Notes: a model not told the origin generated them from the sequence alone. A DNA stretch of 64,000 nucleotides from Phaeosaccion multiseriatum (GCA_965112735.1 OZ218961.1:2728001-2792000), one strand, 5' to 3'; shown: positions 1-12,119, numbered from the stretch's first letter. Numbers and translations are program-made.

Positions 1-509
1 CCCCGGCAAAGCTGAGGCCTTCATTTATTCCCCAGCTGGGAACATCGCGTGACCGTTTGCACAGCCCCTTTGCTGCATCATCATCGACGCGAATCTTTCA
101 TACGACCCGATGGTGGTGTCTTTCTCTACACCAACATTGTACCGCTCCTAAGTGCTGGCACAAGCCTCTCCAACCCCCCCCCCCCGGACTTCATAAAGTC
201 AAGCACAAATCGAAAACCGTCATAATTACGTAAGGATGGGGAACGTTCCTTTTTGGATCTTCCCTCTGCCTTCCCCTCCTCGTTTCCTTCCTCATATTCC
301 ACAGTCCACAGCAGCTACAAAGAAGAGACAGACCAGGAACGCTTATCTCATCACCGCCAAGAAGAAGTCCGTGCTTCTACGCCAGTCAGCCTTCAGGTTG
401 TCAAGAGAGCAGCAGGAGCAGCCAGAGGATCTTTTTCGTAGTGTGAGCGACGAGGAGCAGTCGAAGCCGCAGTGGAAGATGCAGCAGTAGCGCAGAAGCA
501 GCAGCCAGA

Positions 510-3383
510 ATGTCCCTTAGTGATGCCATTACTGCCGCAGAGGCCGTTGTGCTGCAGCTTAAGCAGGAGATTGAGGATGCCTTCCCGTCGAGGTGTGCCA
601 TCACGTCGAGCGACTGCACGGCCTCCCACAATAGCGCTTGCAGCAGCATCAGGAGTGGGGCCACCTGCGAGGTGGACGGGGTGCTCGACGAATGCGAAGA
701 GGAGTCTTGCGGGTGAGTAGGAAGTAGGCACCACGCCGACGAGTCTTCCCATCCAACTAATAAAGCCTGGCCTTCCTCTCTCTTATTTTCTTTACTTCTC
801 TCTCCTCGCTCCCGTGCTCAGATACCTTGTCGACAAAACGCTGAGTGTGGTGAGGATTCCCGCGGCTCTAGCTGATGGAGAGAGCGGAAACCCCACGGAG
901 GCAAGTCTTATTGAAGCTGCGTGCTTCTCGGGACTGATTGAAGGTGAGCGAGAGGCAGGAGGAGGGGCAGGGGCCTAAAACAGGAGTTGAGCACATCGTT
1001 AACATCACTAGTCTCTCTCCCTCTCCCCCACTTGACATTTGACAGACTCTCTCAAGTCTGCCTACGATGATAACAACGAGAGGTACGGACTTGAAGCAGC
1101 CTTCTTCGGGAGCTGGAGCGGTGTCTTTCGGTACTTTCCTGGCATCGCTGAGGAAGAATGCGGCAACTTCGACCCGCGCTTAAGGTAGGGGCCACGTACG
1201 TGCTTCCGGGCTCTCTTGTGTACCGTCGATGGACTCAGTATCGCCTCCCCCTGCTCCCGTCCCCATTCATCTCTGTACGCAGGCCCTGGTTCGTTGGAGC
1301 GAGCAGCGGGCCTAAGGATGTCGTCATCATCCTCGACACGTCGGGGAGCATGAGATTTGAGGGCAAGATGGAGCTCGCCATCGAAGCGGTGCAGACGGTG
1401 CTCACCGGGATGACCTTCGACCACTACGTCAACGTCATCTCTTTCGACTCCTCGGCAGAGGTGCTAAGCCTCAGTACGGATTCGCTACTGCAGGTACCGC
1501 GGTAGTAGTCTATCTGGACAGCTCCTCGCTCCTCTCGCTCCCTTTGCATTGTTTGTACTGGCTGACAAACTGCGCTCTGCTGCTGCCCACCAGGCCACGG
1601 AAGAAAACCTGCTTGCTCTCTCTGGGCTGGTCGGCCAATTGTCTCCCAACGGCGGGACGAACTTCTACGAAGGTGAGCGAGAAGCGCTCTCTGAAATCTG
1701 TCCAGCAGCTGCTTCTGTACTCACGTATGTCTCTCCTTGTCGTGCCATCCATCATGTGCTCCAACCCTCTGCGGCAGCCTTCGACTTGGCGTTCGATCTC
1801 ATCGAGAGGTGAGCCTAGCCAAGTCAAGCGAAGAGCATCACATACGCACTGGCTGCAGCAATCCCCGGATTGGGCACCTCACCTCACTTACGTCATCTCA
1901 CGTACGTACCTGTTCCGTTTGCTTCGCTTGCAATTGTTGGTTCTATATGCCTTCCACAGCTCCGTCGCTAGCGGCAACACGGCGGGATGCCACACTACGA
2001 TTCTTTTCCTCACTGATGGTAAGCAAGCTCAAGCCGAACAGCTACGGAAGCGTCGCTGTACTGCATAAGCAATAAGACGCATTAGAGACAGGACTCAGGG
2101 CCACCCACGCGGATGGCTGACTCTTCCTTCTCCGCTGCTCTCTGCTCTGGCTACTGACTCCAGGAGGAATCAGTGACGGACCGCTGGATCCGCTGGATCC
2201 GCTGGAGACGACAGGCCTCATCGAGACCAGAAACGCGGACATTGGTGCGGAAATCTTCACCTTCTCCTTCGGCGAGGACGCAGACCAAGACACCGCACAG
2301 ACGATAGCCTGTGAGACGGACGGGATCTACCGTCACGTCAGCAGCACCGACGATCTCACGGGGGCAATGGCGTCTTACTACCAGCTCTACGCTGTCGGGA
2401 GTGGAAACAGCAGCTCACAAAACCTCACAACCTGGACTGAGCCCTACATCTTCGACACGAGCGGCCAGTTGGGCACTACTTGCGCGGCGTCTGCCTACGA
2501 CCACAGCACCAGGTAGGCGGCTTACAAGCGAGATGTTGCTGTCCGCGTGGCTTGGAACCCGGAAAGCAGCCAGACCTGTTCCCTCGCTTAGTGTGGCCTC
2601 CATCCTCCCCCTCTCTCGATCTGCGTCTTGCCTCTCTCCTCTCCGCAGCCCCTCCACCTTCCTGGGGGTGGTGGCAGTGGACTTTACGCTATCGACCTTC
2701 ACAGACCTCGACGTGGAGTACAGCTTCGTCCTTGACCGGCTCGTCGCAGAGTCAAGCACGTGCCCGGTCTTCGAGCTGTCCGAGTGCGACAAGCAGGCCT
2801 ACAGAGCCTCCATCTCTGACGCCAGCGTGTGCGCGAGCCAGTGCGAGTCTACTCAGGTTGGTCTTCGCCGCTCAGGGAGCGAGTCAACGGGGTGGCGGGG
2901 CGAGCTCGTCGCTCCTGTCGTCCTCCCACAGCAGGAAGCAAGCGCTGATTGCCGTCCCTTCCCCTCTGCCCCACTCCTACCCCGCTGCAGGAGCTCACTC
3001 CCGAGGACTGCATGCCCGCCGGGGAGTACCCAAGAACGCTATGGACCAACACGGACGCCACTTACTGGTCGTACGTGGCGCGGGCGTGCTGCGATACCGG
3101 TTCCCACGCTGACGCCAGCGTGCAAGAGCCCACGTGCTCCAGGACGACATCCACACAGGTGTTTCCTCGCGTTTCTGTCGATTGGATTGTGGCGTCTTGC
3201 GTTGTTTTCGTCTTCATGTTATGTGATGCTTTTGTGGCATACGTGGGTGTTAAGTTGCTCGTGTTGTTGTATCGAGAGCGACAGAGGAACAAGCGTGATG
3301 CGAGAGTCCAGTCACATGCTACGGAAACCCAAACTCGTCCAGCAGCAGAAGCAACAGCAGAAGCAAGAGCAGGCGGCGTCTAG
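510..3383 (+). CDS. alpha2delta/CACHD1-like dCache+VWA single-pass membrane protein, copy 1 (about 597 aa, 10 exons)
   Basis: GT-AG exons 510-712, 822-943, 1046-1184, 1283-1493, 1594-1672, 1778-1808, 1960-2018, 2164-2512, 2649-2856 and 2991-3383 splice in phase (1794 nt). The protein has FFGSWSGVFRYFPG..FDPRLRPWFVGASSGPKDVVIILDTSGSM (the alpha2delta Cache-to-VWA junction), MIDAS DTSGS..GGTN..FLTDG, then WTEPY..FLGVVAVDF (second Cache half), a Cys-rich stalk and a C-terminal hydrophobic segment. Confidence 0.85.
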
Positions 3384-4289
3384 GAAGAAGAAAGATGATG
3401 GGAAGGAGAGCGTCGCTGATGCGCTGGTCGCCTTCTTGAGAGAGGTTGGCAAGGCCGGGATAGGGTAAGATGGCAACACGAGAGTGAATGCCCTCATGAA
3501 GTCGCTTATGAGAAGTGTACTAGTGTCAAAGGGTAATGGAAATCACGACTTTGTATGTTCTGTCACGCTTCAAGTTAGCCCAGGCTCTCCATCCAAAGCG
3601 AGACACTTCAAGGGTGCTCAGATTGCACTGGGGGGGGGGTTGCCAATGGGTGCCCACCCAACCTACATCTCATTATGCAGGGCCACAGAGCACGCACACC
3701 TGCCGCAGTACCTCTCACACACAAGAGTCAGGACACCACGACTCTGCCGTATAGCTGAAGCTTTCTCACTGAGCCATCTACGCCTCTCCTTTCGCTTAGC
3801 CTGCTTATTGCTGATGGGCCGGGACAACGCCTCTCTCGCTGCAGCCCCGCTCCCATTTTACGTAAGCAAGCGGGTGGATGAGTAGACTGCTTGCGACCTA
3901 GAGCACTCGGGGGTGGCTTGTGGAGCTGGCTGCTGCTGCCGGTCCACGCCCACTCGTTTGCAGCGCCTGGCCTGCTACTTCCCCGGCCCTTTCACTCAAT
4001 GAGGATGCTGTCGCGCGGCCAAGTCTTTCCATTAGGGCGCTGTCTCCTCTATTCCCTACCTATTGATCCTCTTTTACCCTTTCATCTGCCGTACTCCTGC
4101 CGTCTTCTGCATGCACTCCGTCGTTGTGGCTGCGTCTCTCTTCCTCAGCTCCACAGCGCTCGAGACATTGGAGCGGCTGAGTCCTCCGGCACGATCGAGC
4201 AGTAGTGACGAGATCAGACGTCAGGCAGCTCTCCCTCTCTCCTCGGCCTCCTCCCTGCTGATGCATGCATACCTCTTGCACATTCCGTC

Positions 4290-4570
4290 CATCCCTCCCT
4301 GCCCTGCTGCTTATCACACTCGCCAAACCGACAGCGCTTGAGCGCAGCCCACCAATGAAACACCCCTTGGTACATCTGCTTTTGGCACCCGGCCAGCTAC
4401 TCGGCAGCGCTTGACCTGAGCCCCGTGAGACACGCACACACCGCCTTGCTTTACCTTCTTCTGCATAGAGGAGAGGTAGGTACCGTCATGTCGCCAGCAA
4501 GGCCCTGTCGTTCTGCCCCCTTGTGTCACACGCTTCAACAGCGCGTCTCTCAGTACGGACAGGCATAATC
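4290..4570 (-). pseudogene. Decayed WRKY19-like zinc-finger repeat fragment (C-x4-C..GG.C..HG)
   Basis: Frame-shifted pieces GPCWRHDG and KKVKQGGVCVSHGAQVKRC resemble the CxxxGCxKxAxxGGxCxxHG repeats common in stramenopiles. There is no intact frame. Confidence 0.6.
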
Positions 4571-5354
4571 TGCACTCGCTTTTCTCCTCTGCTCTAGCCA
4601 CGGAAGCAGCAGCGCTCAAAAAGAGCCCCCCCCTCCCCCGCTGGGGTTGGAAGCTTCCTTCTTGCTGATCATCCCTCCCCCGCTGCGGTTGGGCTCCTGT
4701 GTGATCAGTGGTGCTATATGGGATTGTAGCGCCCTAGTGTGGCGACACGCATCTGATGGGGTGGGTGTTGGTGATTAGTAGAGACCCCTGGTGGGTTGAT
4801 CCTGGCCTGCAACTTGTAGCTTCAAGCGCCATGCTATGCATTGGGTATCTCGCGGGTGTGATGAGCAGGCGAGGGGGGGGATGGGCGGGATGGGCAGGAG
4901 GCATGCGCGTATCAGCAGGGAGGAGGCCGAGGAGAGGAGCAGCAGCACTCAAGAAGCCCCTCCCCCCCGCGACGGCCGCCGCGAGGAGGGGGAGGCGTGT
5001 ACGTAAGGGGGGACGCAAGAAGCGAGGAGCAAGGAAGCCGCGCACCACCTCTCGCCCTGCTTCCGCTGCTCGTGGACAGGAGGAAGGGCAAGAGGAGGGG
5101 CACACCCGCCGCCCCCGTGCAGCCAAAAGAGAAAGGCACTGTGCAGCTGCCCAAGAGATTCCGCAGGTACCATTGAGTGCATAGTGGGGCGGCGATGGGC
5201 TCACAGACGCTCGAGAGCGAGCGCGTGTGCGAAGGCAGGGCGGTGGCCATCCGTCAGGCGTGATATAATATCTATTACTACTATGTAATGCACAATCATA
5301 TATTCACACTGTAACCCCCTCTCTATTCTTCTCACATGCTTCTGTTCCTCCTTC

Positions 5355-5535
5355 TCCCCTTTTCCGCATCGCGACCCGAAAGCTGAAAGCTCCGGGCATT
5401 GTACTTCCTGTCGACTGTGCCCGTTCCCGTCGAGCCCCTTTCGGCGATCCACTGCCGAAGCTCTCTGTCGCCCGCCTCTGTCTCTGCCTCGCAGAGGCTC
5501 TGCCGTATCTATGCCCATCCTCGTCCATACCAAAG
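5355..5535 (-). pseudogene. Decayed inverted copy of the 3' end (last EF-hands) of the giant gene
   Basis: The reverse complement gcgacagagagcttcggcagtggatcgccga..ctcgacgggaacgg..gtcgacaggaag..tgcccggagctttcag matches 57840-57928. Confidence 0.85.
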
Positions 5536-6048
5536 GCAAAGCTGAGGCCTTCATTTATTCCTCAGCTGCTGGGAACATCGGTCAGTTTGTACAGCCCCTT
5601 TGCTGCATCATCATCGACGCAAATCTTTCATACGACCCGATGGTGGTGTCTTTCTCTACACCAACATTGTACTGCTCCTAATGTCACAAGCCTCTCCCAC
5701 CCCTCCCCCCCCCCCCCGGACTTCATGAAGTCAAGCACAAATCGAAAACCGTCATGATTACGTAAGGAATGGGGAACGTTCCTTTTTGGATCTTCCCTCT
5801 GCCCTTCCCCCTCCTCGTTTCCTTCCTCATCTTCCACAGTCCACCGCAGCTACAAAGAAGAGACAGACCAGGAACGCTTATCTCATCACCGCCAAGAAGA
5901 AGTCCGTGCTTCTACGCCGTCAGCCTTCAGGTTTGTCAAGAGAGCAGCAGGAGGAGCCAGAGGATGATCTTTTCGGTAGTGTGAGCGACGAGGAGTAGTA
6001 GAAGTCGCAGTGGAAGATGCAGCAGTAGCAGCAGAAGCAGCAGGCAGA

Positions 6049-8839
6049 ATGTCCCTTAGTGATGCCATCACTGCCGCAGAGGCCGTTGTGCTGCAGCTTA
6101 AGCAGGAGATTGAGGATGCCTTTCCGTCGAGGTGTGCCATCTCGTCGAGCGACTGCACGGCCTCCCACAATAGCGCTTGCAGCAGCATCAGGAGTGGGGC
6201 CACCTGCGAGGTGGACGGGGTGCTCGACGAGTGCGAAGAGGAGTCTTGCGGGTGAGTAGGAAGTAGGCACCACGCCGACGAGTCTTCCCATCCAACTAAA
6301 GCCTGGCCTTCCTCTCTCTTATTTTATTGAACTTCTCTCTCCTCGCTCCCGTGCTCAGATACCTTGTCGACAAAACGCTGAGTGTGGTGAGGATTCCCGC
6401 GGCTCTAGCTGATGGAGAGAGCGGAAACCCCACGGAGGCAAGTCTTATTGAAGCTGCGTGCTTCTCGGGACTGATTGAAGGTGAGCGAGAGGCAGGAGGA
6501 GGGGCAGGGGCCTAAAACAGGAGTTGAGCACACCTTTAATATCACTAGTCTCTCTCCCTGTCCCCTCCTGGACATTTGACAGACTCTCTCAAGTCTGCCT
6601 ACGATGACAACAACGAGAGGTACGGACTTGAAGCAGCCTTCTTCGGGAGCTGGAGCGGTGTCTTTCGGTACTTCCCTGGCATCGCTGAGGAAAAATGCGG
6701 CAGCTTCGACCCGCGCTTAAGGTAAGGGCCACGTACGTGCTGCGTGCCTCTCTTGTGTACCGTCGATGGACTCAGTATCACCCTCTCCTTTCTCACCCGT
6801 ACTCATCTCCGTACGTAGGCCCTGGTTCGTTGGAGCGAGCAGCGGGCCTAAGGATGTCGTCATCATCCTCGACACGTCGGGGAGCATGAGACTTGAGGGC
6901 AAGATGGAGCTCGCCATCGAAGCGGTGCAGACGGTGCTCACCGGGATGACCTTCGACCACTACGTCAACGTCATCTCTTTCGACACCTCGGCAGAGGTGC
7001 TCAGCCTCAGTACGAATTCGCTACTGCAGGTACTGGGGTTGTCTATCTGGACAGCTGTTCCCTTTTCATCGTTTGTACTGGCTGACAAACTGCGCTCTGC
7101 TGCTGCCCACCAGGCCACGGAAGAAAACCTGCTTGCTCTCTCTGGGCTGGTCGGCCAATTGTCTCCCAACGGCGGGACGAACTTCTACGAAGGTGAGCGA
7201 GAAGCGCTCTCTGAAATCTGTCCTGCAGTTGCTTCTGTACTCACGTATGTCTCTCCTTGTCTCCCGTCCATCATGTGACCCAACCCTCTGCGGCAGCCTT
7301 CGACTTGGCGTTCGATCTCATCGAGAGGTGAGCCTAGCCAAGTCAAGCGGTGAGCATCACATACGCACTGGCTGCAGCAATCCCCGGATTGGGCACCTCA
7401 CCTCACTTACGTCATCTCACGTACGTACCTGTTCCGTTTGCTTCGCTTACAATTGTTGGTTCTATGTGCCTTCCACAGCTCCGTCGCTAGCGGCAACACG
7501 GCGGGATGCCACACTACGATTCTTTTCCTCACTGATGGTAAGCAAGCTCAAGCCGAACAGCTACGGAAGCGTCGCTGTACTGCATAAGCAATAAGACGCA
7601 TTAGAGACAGGACTCAGGGCCACCCACGCGGATGGTTGACGCGTCCTTCTCCGCTGCTCTCTGCTCTGGCTACTGACTCCAGGAGGAATCAGTGTCGGAC
7701 CGCTGGATCCGCTGGAGACGACAGGCCTCATCGAGACCAGAAACGCGGACATTGGTGCGGAAATCTTCACCTTCTCCTTCGGCGAGGACGCAGAGCAAGA
7801 CACCACACAGACGATAGCCTGTGAGACGGACGGGATCTACCGTCACGTCAGCAGTACCGACGATCTCACGGGGGCAATGGCGTCGTACTACCAGCTCTAC
7901 GCCGTCGGGAGTGGAAACAGCAGCTCACAAAACCTCACAACCTGGACTGAGCCCTACATCTTCGACACGAGCGGCCAGTTGGGCACTACTTGCGCGGCGT
8001 CTGCCTACGACCACAGCACCAGGTAGGCGGCTTACAAGCGAGATGTTGCTGTCCGCGTGGCTTGGAACCCGGAAAGCAGCCAGACCTGTTCCCTCGCTTA
8101 GTGTGGCCTCCATCCTCCCCCTCTCTCGATCTGCGTCTTGCCTCTCTCCTCTCCGCAGCCCCTCCACCTTCCTGGGGGTGGTGGCAGTGGACTTTACGCT
8201 ATCGACCTTCACAGACCTCAACGTGGAGTACAACTTCGTCCTTGACCGGCTCGTCGCAGAGTCAAGCACGTGCCCGGTCTTCGAGCTGTCCGAGTGCAAC
8301 AAGCAGGCCTACAGAGCCTCCATCTCTGACGCCAGCGTGTGCGCGAGCCAGTGCGAGTCTACTCAGGTTGGTCTTCGCCGCTCAGGGAGCGAGTCAACGG
8401 GGTGGCGGGGCGAGCTCGTCGCTCCGGTCGTCCTCCCACTGCAGGAAGCAAGCGCTGATTGCCGTCCCTCCCCCTCTGCCCCACTCCTCCCCCGCTGCAG
8501 GAGCTCACTCCCAAGGACTGCATGCCCACCGGGGAGTACCCAAGAACGCTATGGACCAACACGGACGCCGCTAACTGGTTGTACGTGGTGCGGGCGTGCT
8601 GCGATACCGGTTCCCAAGCTGACGCCAGCGTGCAAGAGCCCACGTGCTTCAGGACGACATACACACGGGTGATTTACGAGCCTAGCGCTCTCGTTATGTT
8701 TTATTGCGTGGCGTTCTCCGGCATGTTTTGTGCTGCCGTATCATTTTGCGTTGGGTGCTGCCAAATCATGGAACAGCATCAACTTATGGGACTTGGTCGC
8801 AATCACCGCCGCTCTTTGTCGACAGAGTCTCGAGCGTGA
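6049..8839 (+). CDS. alpha2delta-like dCache+VWA membrane protein, copy 2
   Basis: Same exon/intron layout and splice sites as copy 1 with a near-identical ectodomain. The TM/tail differs (..EPSALVMFYCVAFSGMFCAAVSFCVGCC..STESRA*). Confidence 0.82.
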
Positions 8840-9509
8840 TGCGAGAGGCCAGTCACACGCTACGGAAACCTAAACTCGGCCAGCAGCAGAAGCAACAGCA
8901 GAAGCAAGAGCAGGCGGCGTCTAGGAAGAAGAAAGATGATGGGAAGGAGAGCGTCGCTGATGCGCTGGTCGCCTTCTTGAGAGAGATTGGCAAGGCCGGG
9001 ATAGGGCAAGATAGCAAAACGAGAGTGAATGCCCTCATGAAGTCGCTAATGAGTAGTGTACTGTCTTCTTCCTCCTCTGCCCAAGTCCAATGGAAACCAC
9101 GACCTTACATGTTCCTTCACGCTTGAAGTTAGCCTCCTCTTCTTATGCAGGCTCCCCATCTAAAACGAGACACTACAAGGGTGCTCAGATTGCACGCTGC
9201 TCCCCTTGGGGGCCGAGTGGCCTTGCTTCGCCAAAGGGTGCCCACCCAACCTACATCTCATAATGCAGGGCCACAGAGCACGCACACCTGCCGCAGTACC
9301 TCACAAGAGTCAGGACACCAGGACTCTGCCGTATAGCTGAAGCTTTCACGCCCACTCTTCCTCAGCTCCACAGCGCTCGAGACATTGGAGCGGCTGAGTC
9401 CTCCGGCACGATCGAGCAGTAGTGACGAGATCAGACGTCAGGCAGCTCTCCCTCTCTCCTCGGCCTCCTCCCTGCTGATGCATCCATGCCTCTTGCACAT
9501 TCTGTCCAT

Positions 9510-9800
9510 CCCTCCCTGCCCTGCTGCTTATCACACTCGCCAAACCGACAGCGCTTGAGCTCAGCCCACCAGTGAAACACACAGACGCCACCTCGGTACA
9601 TCTGCTTTTGGCACCCGGCCAGCTACTCGGCAGCGCTTGACCTGAGCCCCGTGAGACACGCACACACCGCCTTGCTTTACCTTCTTCTGCATAGAGGAGA
9701 GGTAGGTACCGTCATGTCGCCAGCAAGGCCCTTGTCGTTCTGCCCCCTTGTCACACACTTCAACAGCGCATCTCTCAGTACGGACAGGCATGATCTGCAC
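9510..9800 (-). pseudogene. Decayed WRKY19-like zinc-finger repeat fragment, copy 2
   Basis: ERCAVEVCDKGAERQGPCWRHDG..KKVKQGGVCVSHGAQVKRC in ORF 9561-9800. Confidence 0.62.
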
Positions 9801-10597
9801 TCGCTTTTCTCCTCTGCTCTAGCCACGGAAGCAGCAGCGCTCAAAAGGAGCCCCCCCCTCCCCCGCTGGGGTTGGAAGCTTCCTTCTTGCTGACCATCCC
9901 TCCCCCGCTGCGGTTGGGCTCCTGTGTGATCAGTGGTGTTACATGGGATTGTAGCACCCTAGTGTGGCGACACGCATCTGATGGGGTGGGTGTTGGTGAT
10001 TAGTAGAGACCCCTGGTGGATTGATCCTGGCCTGCAACTTGTAGCTTCAAGCGCCATGCTATGCATTGGGTATCTCGCGGGTGTGATGAGCAGGCGAGGG
10101 GGGGGGATGGACGGGATGTGCAAGAGGCATGCGCGTATCAGCAGAGAGGAGGCCGAGGAGACGAGCAGCAGCGCTCAAGAAGCCCCTGTGCCCCCCGCGA
10201 CGGCCGCCGCGAGGAGGGGGAGGCGTGTACGTAAGGGGGGACGCAAGAAGCGAGGAGCAAGGAAGCCGCACACCACCTCTCGCCCTGCTTCCGCTGCTCG
10301 TGGACAGCAGGAAGGGCAAGAGGAGGGGCACACCCGCCGCCCCCGTGCAGCCAAAAGAGGAAGGCACTCCGTGTGGGGGACGAGGTGCAGCTGCCCAAGA
10401 GATTCCGCAGGTACCATTGAGTGCATAGTGGGGCGGCGATGGGCTCACAGACGCTCGAGAGCGAGCGCGTGTGCGAAGGCAGGGCGGTGGCCATCCGTCA
10501 GGCGTGATGTAATATCTACTACTACTATGTAATGCACAATCATATATTCACACTGCAACCTCTCTATTTTTCTCACATGCTTCTGTTCCTCCTTCTC

Positions 10598-10812
10598 CCC
10601 TTTTTCCGCATCGCGACCCGAAAGCTGAAAGCTCCGGGCATAGTACTTCCTGTCGACTGTGCCCGTTCCCGTCGAGCCCCTTTCGGCGATCCACTGCCGA
10701 AGCTCTCTGTCGCCCGCCTCTGTCTCTGCCTCGCAGAGGCTCTGCCGTATCTATGCCCATCCTCGTCCATACCAAAGGCCATGAGTACTAGAGAGCCGCG
10801 TGCTCCTCATGA
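10598..10812 (-). pseudogene. Longer decayed inverted copy of the giant gene 3' end
   Basis: As above, and it extends to gaggagcacgcggct, identical to 57728-57742. Confidence 0.85.
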
Positions 10813-10813
10813 G

Positions 10814-12119
10814 TCAGTCTTGATCAGTCACCCTCGCCCCTCCCCTCCCCCCCCTCCCGCTGCTCCTCCTCCCCCCTCCTCCTCCTCCCGTGCCTCGGGG
10901 CCGTGCCTGGCCGGCGTTTGCCTGCTGCTCCTGCTGCTCCACTTGCTCCAGCGGCGGTCGGGATGGACGTTGCCGACGACTGTGCGAGCCTCTGCTGCCG
11001 CACTCTCCGTCGAACACCTGCCACGGCCGGACGAAGAGAAGGAGAGTCAGTCAGGGCAGAGCCGCTTGAGGGGACGCCACAATAGGTGGTGTGAAAAGGA
11101 TCGACGAAAAGGATTGACAAGGCGGAGCGGTCATCTACTCGTGAATGAGCAACCACCTCATCTCAAATAGGGGGTAGGTTGGGCTTCGATAGGAAACAGC
11201 CAAAACACGTCACTTACATAGTCCATCCCCGCCCCGCAGCGGTTGGCATTCACCAAGCGACACGTGTTGGAGTACGTGCTGTATGAGGTGCCGTCGAATG
11301 CACAGACGGGGGTGTAGTCGGCTGGACAGGCGGCAAGAGGGTCGCAAGGCCGCCGCCCTCCCTCCTCTTCCGCTGGAGTCTCAGCTGGACCGGCGCCATT
11401 AGCCGCCAGACACGAGCCCCCAGTTATCTCCCGCTGCAGGGCTTCGTGCTGCTCTGGGCTCAGCCTGTCCCACGGTGTCGGACTGTTGCACAAAGTCGTC
11501 ACGTACATGGTAGCGTCGGACTCTGGCTCTTCGTTGTCGGCCGTTCCGAGGGGAAAGAGGTATCTGCGTGGGCGAGTGAGGGTCGAGAGGGCGCAGCAAC
11601 AGCAGTAGAAGCAAGCTGAGCAAGGAGAGCCAGACAGGGGCGGGGCGACCAGCGACCCCCGGAGTGAAGGGGGCTGCCGTGTGATGCACGGATGAAGAGT
11701 AAAGCTTCACGCACCTCTCGCCCACGGTGAGACGGACGCCACAGGCGGCGCTGCTGGCCGGCGTTGAGATGCGCACGAACCTTCGCGGAGCCTCAAGGCC
11801 TCTGAAGTAACTCCCGACTCCAACGCGATAGATCACTGCATTGCGTCCCTGGGAGTCCACAGGCGGCCCCTCTAGGTTCAGCACCTCTCCGCTCAGCAGG
11901 GTGTCTTGTTGATCCCGCACGAGAGAGGGAAGGGGAAGGGGAAATTATATTAGAAGGAAGTGCTACTTAAAGCGCTACCTTTCTCTCTCTGTCTCTCTCC
12001 CACTCACCTGCAGATCTAATCTGGTGGCAGAAGGAGCGACGGGCACAACGGCAGCTGCAAGCCTCACGGACAAGGCTACTGATACACACCAGAAGCAGGA
12101 AGGGGCGAGGGAGGAACAT
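10814..12119 (-). CDS. Secreted TIMP/NTR-like + Kazal domain protein (283 aa, 4 exons)
   Basis: Exons 12008-12119, 11715-11904, 11218-11563 and 10814-11017 splice in phase (852 nt). Translation: MFLPRPFLLLVCISSLVREACS|CRCARRSFC..ADTLLSGEV..IYRV..FRG..ISTPASSAACGVRLTVGERYL..TTLCNSPTPWDRLSPEQ..GSC (N-TIMP pattern, 6 Cys). This is followed by CDPLAACPADYTPVCAFDG..TYSNTC..NRC..YVFDGEC (6-Cys Kazal). Confidence 0.85.

Larger units (their letters stand above)
1..5534. repeat. Segmental duplication unit 1 (about 5.5 kb)
   Basis: ggcaaagctgaggccttcatttattc occurs at about 5, 5535 and 14694, and the downstream sequence is colinear and highly similar. Confidence 0.95.
5535..10779. repeat. Segmental duplication unit 2
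   Basis: Colinear with unit 1 up to ccataccaaaggc at about 10779. Confidence 0.95.

Noticed and set aside
4734-5250. Overlapping ORFs (MGWVLVISRDPWW..., Arg-rich) in the repeat spacer
   Set aside because: Frames are not conserved among the three units and part is deleted in unit 3. No recognisable domain.
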